Source: a virus. Taken from it: a DNA stretch of 64,000 nucleotides. The position numbers and the translations under genes were made by a program. Below the pieces are notes generated by a model. It saw nothing but the letters and a program-made list of their open reading frames with translations. It made no database searches and had not been told where the DNA came from. This document shows, in pieces, positions 61,662 to 64,000 of this stretch. Position 1 is the first letter of the stretch. Every line of letters starts with the position of its first letter. The stretch lies in the IMG/VR virus record IMGVR_UViG_3300025872_000001; one strand, given 5' to 3'.

Positions 61662-62432
61662 ATGGCAAAAAAGCCCAAGAAAACAAAATCGGCATCTACG
61701 GAAGTAATTATTCCGCAGATGAAAACAGAAATAAAATTCAAAGAACGCAAATTCAAATTCACTGAGAAACAACAACAACTATTAAAAATACTTTTAGGAG
61801 ACGAGACCAAAATAGTCTTTATCGCTGGACCAGCGGGGACTTCAAAGACTTTTATGGCAGTCTATGCAGCCCTTAACCTTATCAACCACAATGAAAAAGA
61901 TATTATCTATATTAGAACCATCGCTGAAAGCGGTGAAAAATCTCTTGGTTCGCTGCCAGGAACAGTTGGCGAAAAGTTTCAGCCATATCTGCTCCCTCTT
62001 GAAGACAAAATTCAAGAAATAATCGAACCAACTGATGTACATCGTTTAAAAGATGACGGAAGAATTTCTGCAACTCCCATTAACTTCTTAAGGGGCAGCA
62101 CTTTAACAGATAAAATCGTAATCGCAGATGAAGTGCAAAATTTTACCTTCAAAGAAATCACAACCCTACTTACTAGAGTCGGGGATGGGAGTAAAATTTT
62201 CTTATGCGGAGACTTTATGCAGTCAGACATCAAAGGTAAAAATGGATTTATCGACTTTTACGATCTATTTTCAGACGAGGATTCCGCGCAACATGGCATC
62301 TTCTCGTTTGAGTTTACAGAAGAAGATATAAAAAGAAGCGAAATTCTAAAATTCATTGTAAAGAAGATTAGAAATATTAATAATCATGAAGAGACAAGAA
62401 GAAAAGCTGTCCCTTTTGAGCAGTTGGGCTAA
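61662..62432 (+). CDS. phoH: PhoH-like ATPase
   Basis: GPAGTSKT, LGSLPG, FLRGST, DEVQN, TRVG, GDFMQSD. Confidence 0.92.
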   Translation: MAKKPKKTKSASTEVIIPQMKTEIKFKERKFKFTEKQQQLLKILLGDETKIVFIAGPAGTSKTFMAVYAALNLINHNEKDIIYIRTIAESGEKSLGSLPGTVGEKFQPYLLPLEDKIQEIIEPTDVHRLKDDGRISATPINFLRGSTLTDKIVIADEVQNFTFKEITTLLTRVGDGSKIFLCGDFMQSDIKGKNGFIDFYDLFSDEDSAQHGIFSFEFTEEDIKRSEILKFIVKKIRNINNHEETRRKAVPFEQLG

Positions 62433-62730
62433 TTTAATTAAAATTATGGGCGGCATGGCTATTGCCGCCCTTTTATTTTATTTGAACGCGACCTATGTAA
62501 AAAGAGACGATTTCTTACCAGTAGCTAAAGAGATTACTATTCAAGCAGAGCAGCTTTCTTATGTCAATGCAGAGGTTAAGAGCATATCGCGTCGCTTGTC
62601 AAAGATTGTAGATGACGAGGGCAAGCCAGTAAATACTGATAAGATGGTTGAAATTCAAAGAGATATAGCTACAATATTGGTAAAGCTAGAAAATCTCAGC
62701 GATAAACTTAACAAATTAGAAAAAGAGTAA
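62386..62730 (+). CDS. Membrane-anchored coiled-coil protein
   Basis: One TM helix followed by a coiled coil. Confidence 0.55.
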   Translation: MKRQEEKLSLLSSWANLIKIMGGMAIAALLFYLNATYVKRDDFLPVAKEITIQAEQLSYVNAEVKSISRRLSKIVDDEGKPVNTDKMVEIQRDIATILVKLENLSDKLNKLEKE

Positions 62731-62733
62731 TAT

Positions 62734-63105
62734 ATGGCAAGCGTTTTCTGTACAAATTGTGGAGGCAAGCATGAATATGTTGGATTTGCCCCAAACTTTT
62801 GTTCAAAATGTGGAAGTCCCATGAACGGGAAGGTTTCGACTCAATTACAGAAAAAGCCAGTTAGAACTGCAAGTTCTGAAGATATAGAGGATGAATCAGA
62901 AGACAACACAAGTGTCGACGAACTTCCCGATATCGATAAGCTTGATGTAGAAATCGAAATGGAAGGGGGCTTTAGGGCTTTTAATTTAGAAGATTTATCG
63001 CGTAACCCTCAAGCTGGAGCAAGGAAATTCGCTCCAAAAAGAGTTGGTGGGATAGACAGCTTGTCCCCCACCAAATATGGAAGCACAAAGGCGCGAGAAG
63101 ATTAA
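62734..63105 (+). CDS. Zinc-ribbon protein
   Basis: FCTNCG...PNFCSKCG; acidic tail. Confidence 0.75.
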   Translation: MASVFCTNCGGKHEYVGFAPNFCSKCGSPMNGKVSTQLQKKPVRTASSEDIEDESEDNTSVDELPDIDKLDVEIEMEGGFRAFNLEDLSRNPQAGARKFAPKRVGGIDSLSPTKYGSTKARED

Positions 63106-63787
63106 ATACGAAGACAAGCAAGAAGTTATCGATAGGATTATAGAAAAGCACAGATATATCTGGCAGCTTAAAGCTATTGCTTGGATGGATTATGAGGATG
63201 TTGCTCAAATCATTCGTTTTCACATTTCAAAAAAATGGAAAATGTGGAAGCAAGATCGCCCACTTGAACCTTGGATTGCGCGTATTACCGTAAACCAGAT
63301 CAAGAATCTTCTGCGCAATAATTACTCTAATTATGTTCGCCCTTGTTTATCTTGTAAGTTCAGCATGGGCAACGAACCTCCAGCTTGTTCAATAACTCCA
63401 AGCGGAAAACAATGTGGCGAATGCCCCTTGTATAGAAAATGGGAAAAGACAAAAAAGTGTGCATATGATGTGAAGCTTTCTGTCTCTATAGAAAATCATT
63501 CAGAGTCTGTACAGGGGATGAAAGATTTAAACTTTGATGTTTTATCAAGCGCACAGAGACTTCACGAAGAAATGAAACATCGTTTGGCGCCCAAACAATA
63601 TAAAGTTTATTCAAGGCTTTATATCGATGGCGCAGATGAGGAAAAAGTTGCAATGGAAATGGGATACAAAACGAATGAAAAGGGTAAGAAAGCTGGCTAT
63701 AAACAAATTAAAAATCTTAAAAAGTTATTTAAACAGATAGCGACTAAAATCTTACAAGACGAGGATATTTTAGGTGGCCAACAATAA
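63077..63787 (+). CDS. Sigma70/ECF-like sigma factor with a Cys-rich insertion
   Basis: Region 2-like DYEDVAQ...WIARITVNQIKNLLR; region 4-like LAPKQYKVY...EEKVAMEMG; CLSC..C..CGEC between them. Confidence 0.65.
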   Translation: MEAQRREKIKYEDKQEVIDRIIEKHRYIWQLKAIAWMDYEDVAQIIRFHISKKWKMWKQDRPLEPWIARITVNQIKNLLRNNYSNYVRPCLSCKFSMGNEPPACSITPSGKQCGECPLYRKWEKTKKCAYDVKLSVSIENHSESVQGMKDLNFDVLSSAQRLHEEMKHRLAPKQYKVYSRLYIDGADEEKVAMEMGYKTNEKGKKAGYKQIKNLKKLFKQIATKILQDEDILGGQQ

Positions 63788-64000
63788 AATAAGTTTCAGT
63801 GACGAAGACAAAAAGAGGATTATGGAAATCGCCAAGGAGTTTCCAGATCTAAATACTATTACGCGCAAATTTTTTAACGATGAAAATCTTGACGGCAGAA
63901 CAAAGCAAGGAATTGCGATCAGATCTTTGCTTGCCTCTAATAAAATACAATACAAAACATCTAAGTACGAAAAAGTTGGCGAACTCCCTCTCACTCCAGA
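63774..64000 (+). CDS. 5' part of a hypothetical protein (runs off the window)
   Basis: GTG at 63774 with an open frame to the window end (ANNKISFSDEDKKRIMEI...LDGRTKQG). Confidence 0.6.
   Translation, partial: MANNKISFSDEDKKRIMEIAKEFPDLNTITRKFFNDENLDGRTKQGIAIRSLLASNKIQYKTSKYEKVGELPLTP

Overview
This 64-kb window is part of a large tailed dsDNA phage genome in the standard genetic code. No capsid, terminase or DNA polymerase gene is recognisable, and the host cannot be named from sequence alone. Layout: (1-9 kb) Whirly-like ssDNA-binding protein, glycosyltransferases, a putative strand-annealing protein and class Ia ribonucleotide reductase nrdAB. (9-21 kb, minus strand) A lambda-type tail-tip module (L, K-JAB, I, J) with PA14 and vWA inserts, in which J is split over separate ORFs. 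(21-30 kb) A deaminase, a T4 beta-glucosyltransferase-like gene and an operon csgF-csgG-curlin-FecR-CHASE2 adenylate cyclase. (30-36 kb) uvsE, rIIA, rIIB. (36.5-39.7 kb) Seven tRNAs interleaved with three structured non-coding RNA candidates; two are tandem paralogues with compensatory stem changes and a covarying loop-loop pairing. (40-46 kb) Small accessory genes. (46.6-56.5 kb) An orphan RuvB followed by a GC-rich array of small genes resembling early or anti-defence cargo, punctuated by nine copies of the palindrome CCGGGCC(A/T)GGCCCGG, parS-like half-site pairs and AT palindromes. (56.7-64 kb) Phosphatases, a tail-tube-like gene, phoH and a sigma-like factor. Two promoter classes are visible: TTGACN/TTGCAA-N16-YANNNT-N6/7-ATG (leaderless) and GTGTAA-N8/12-start. 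The best candidates for an undescribed system are the tandem structured RNAs (38309-38662) and the palindrome-punctuated array beside RuvB (46657-54654). All family assignments come from motif recognition by eye, not database searches.
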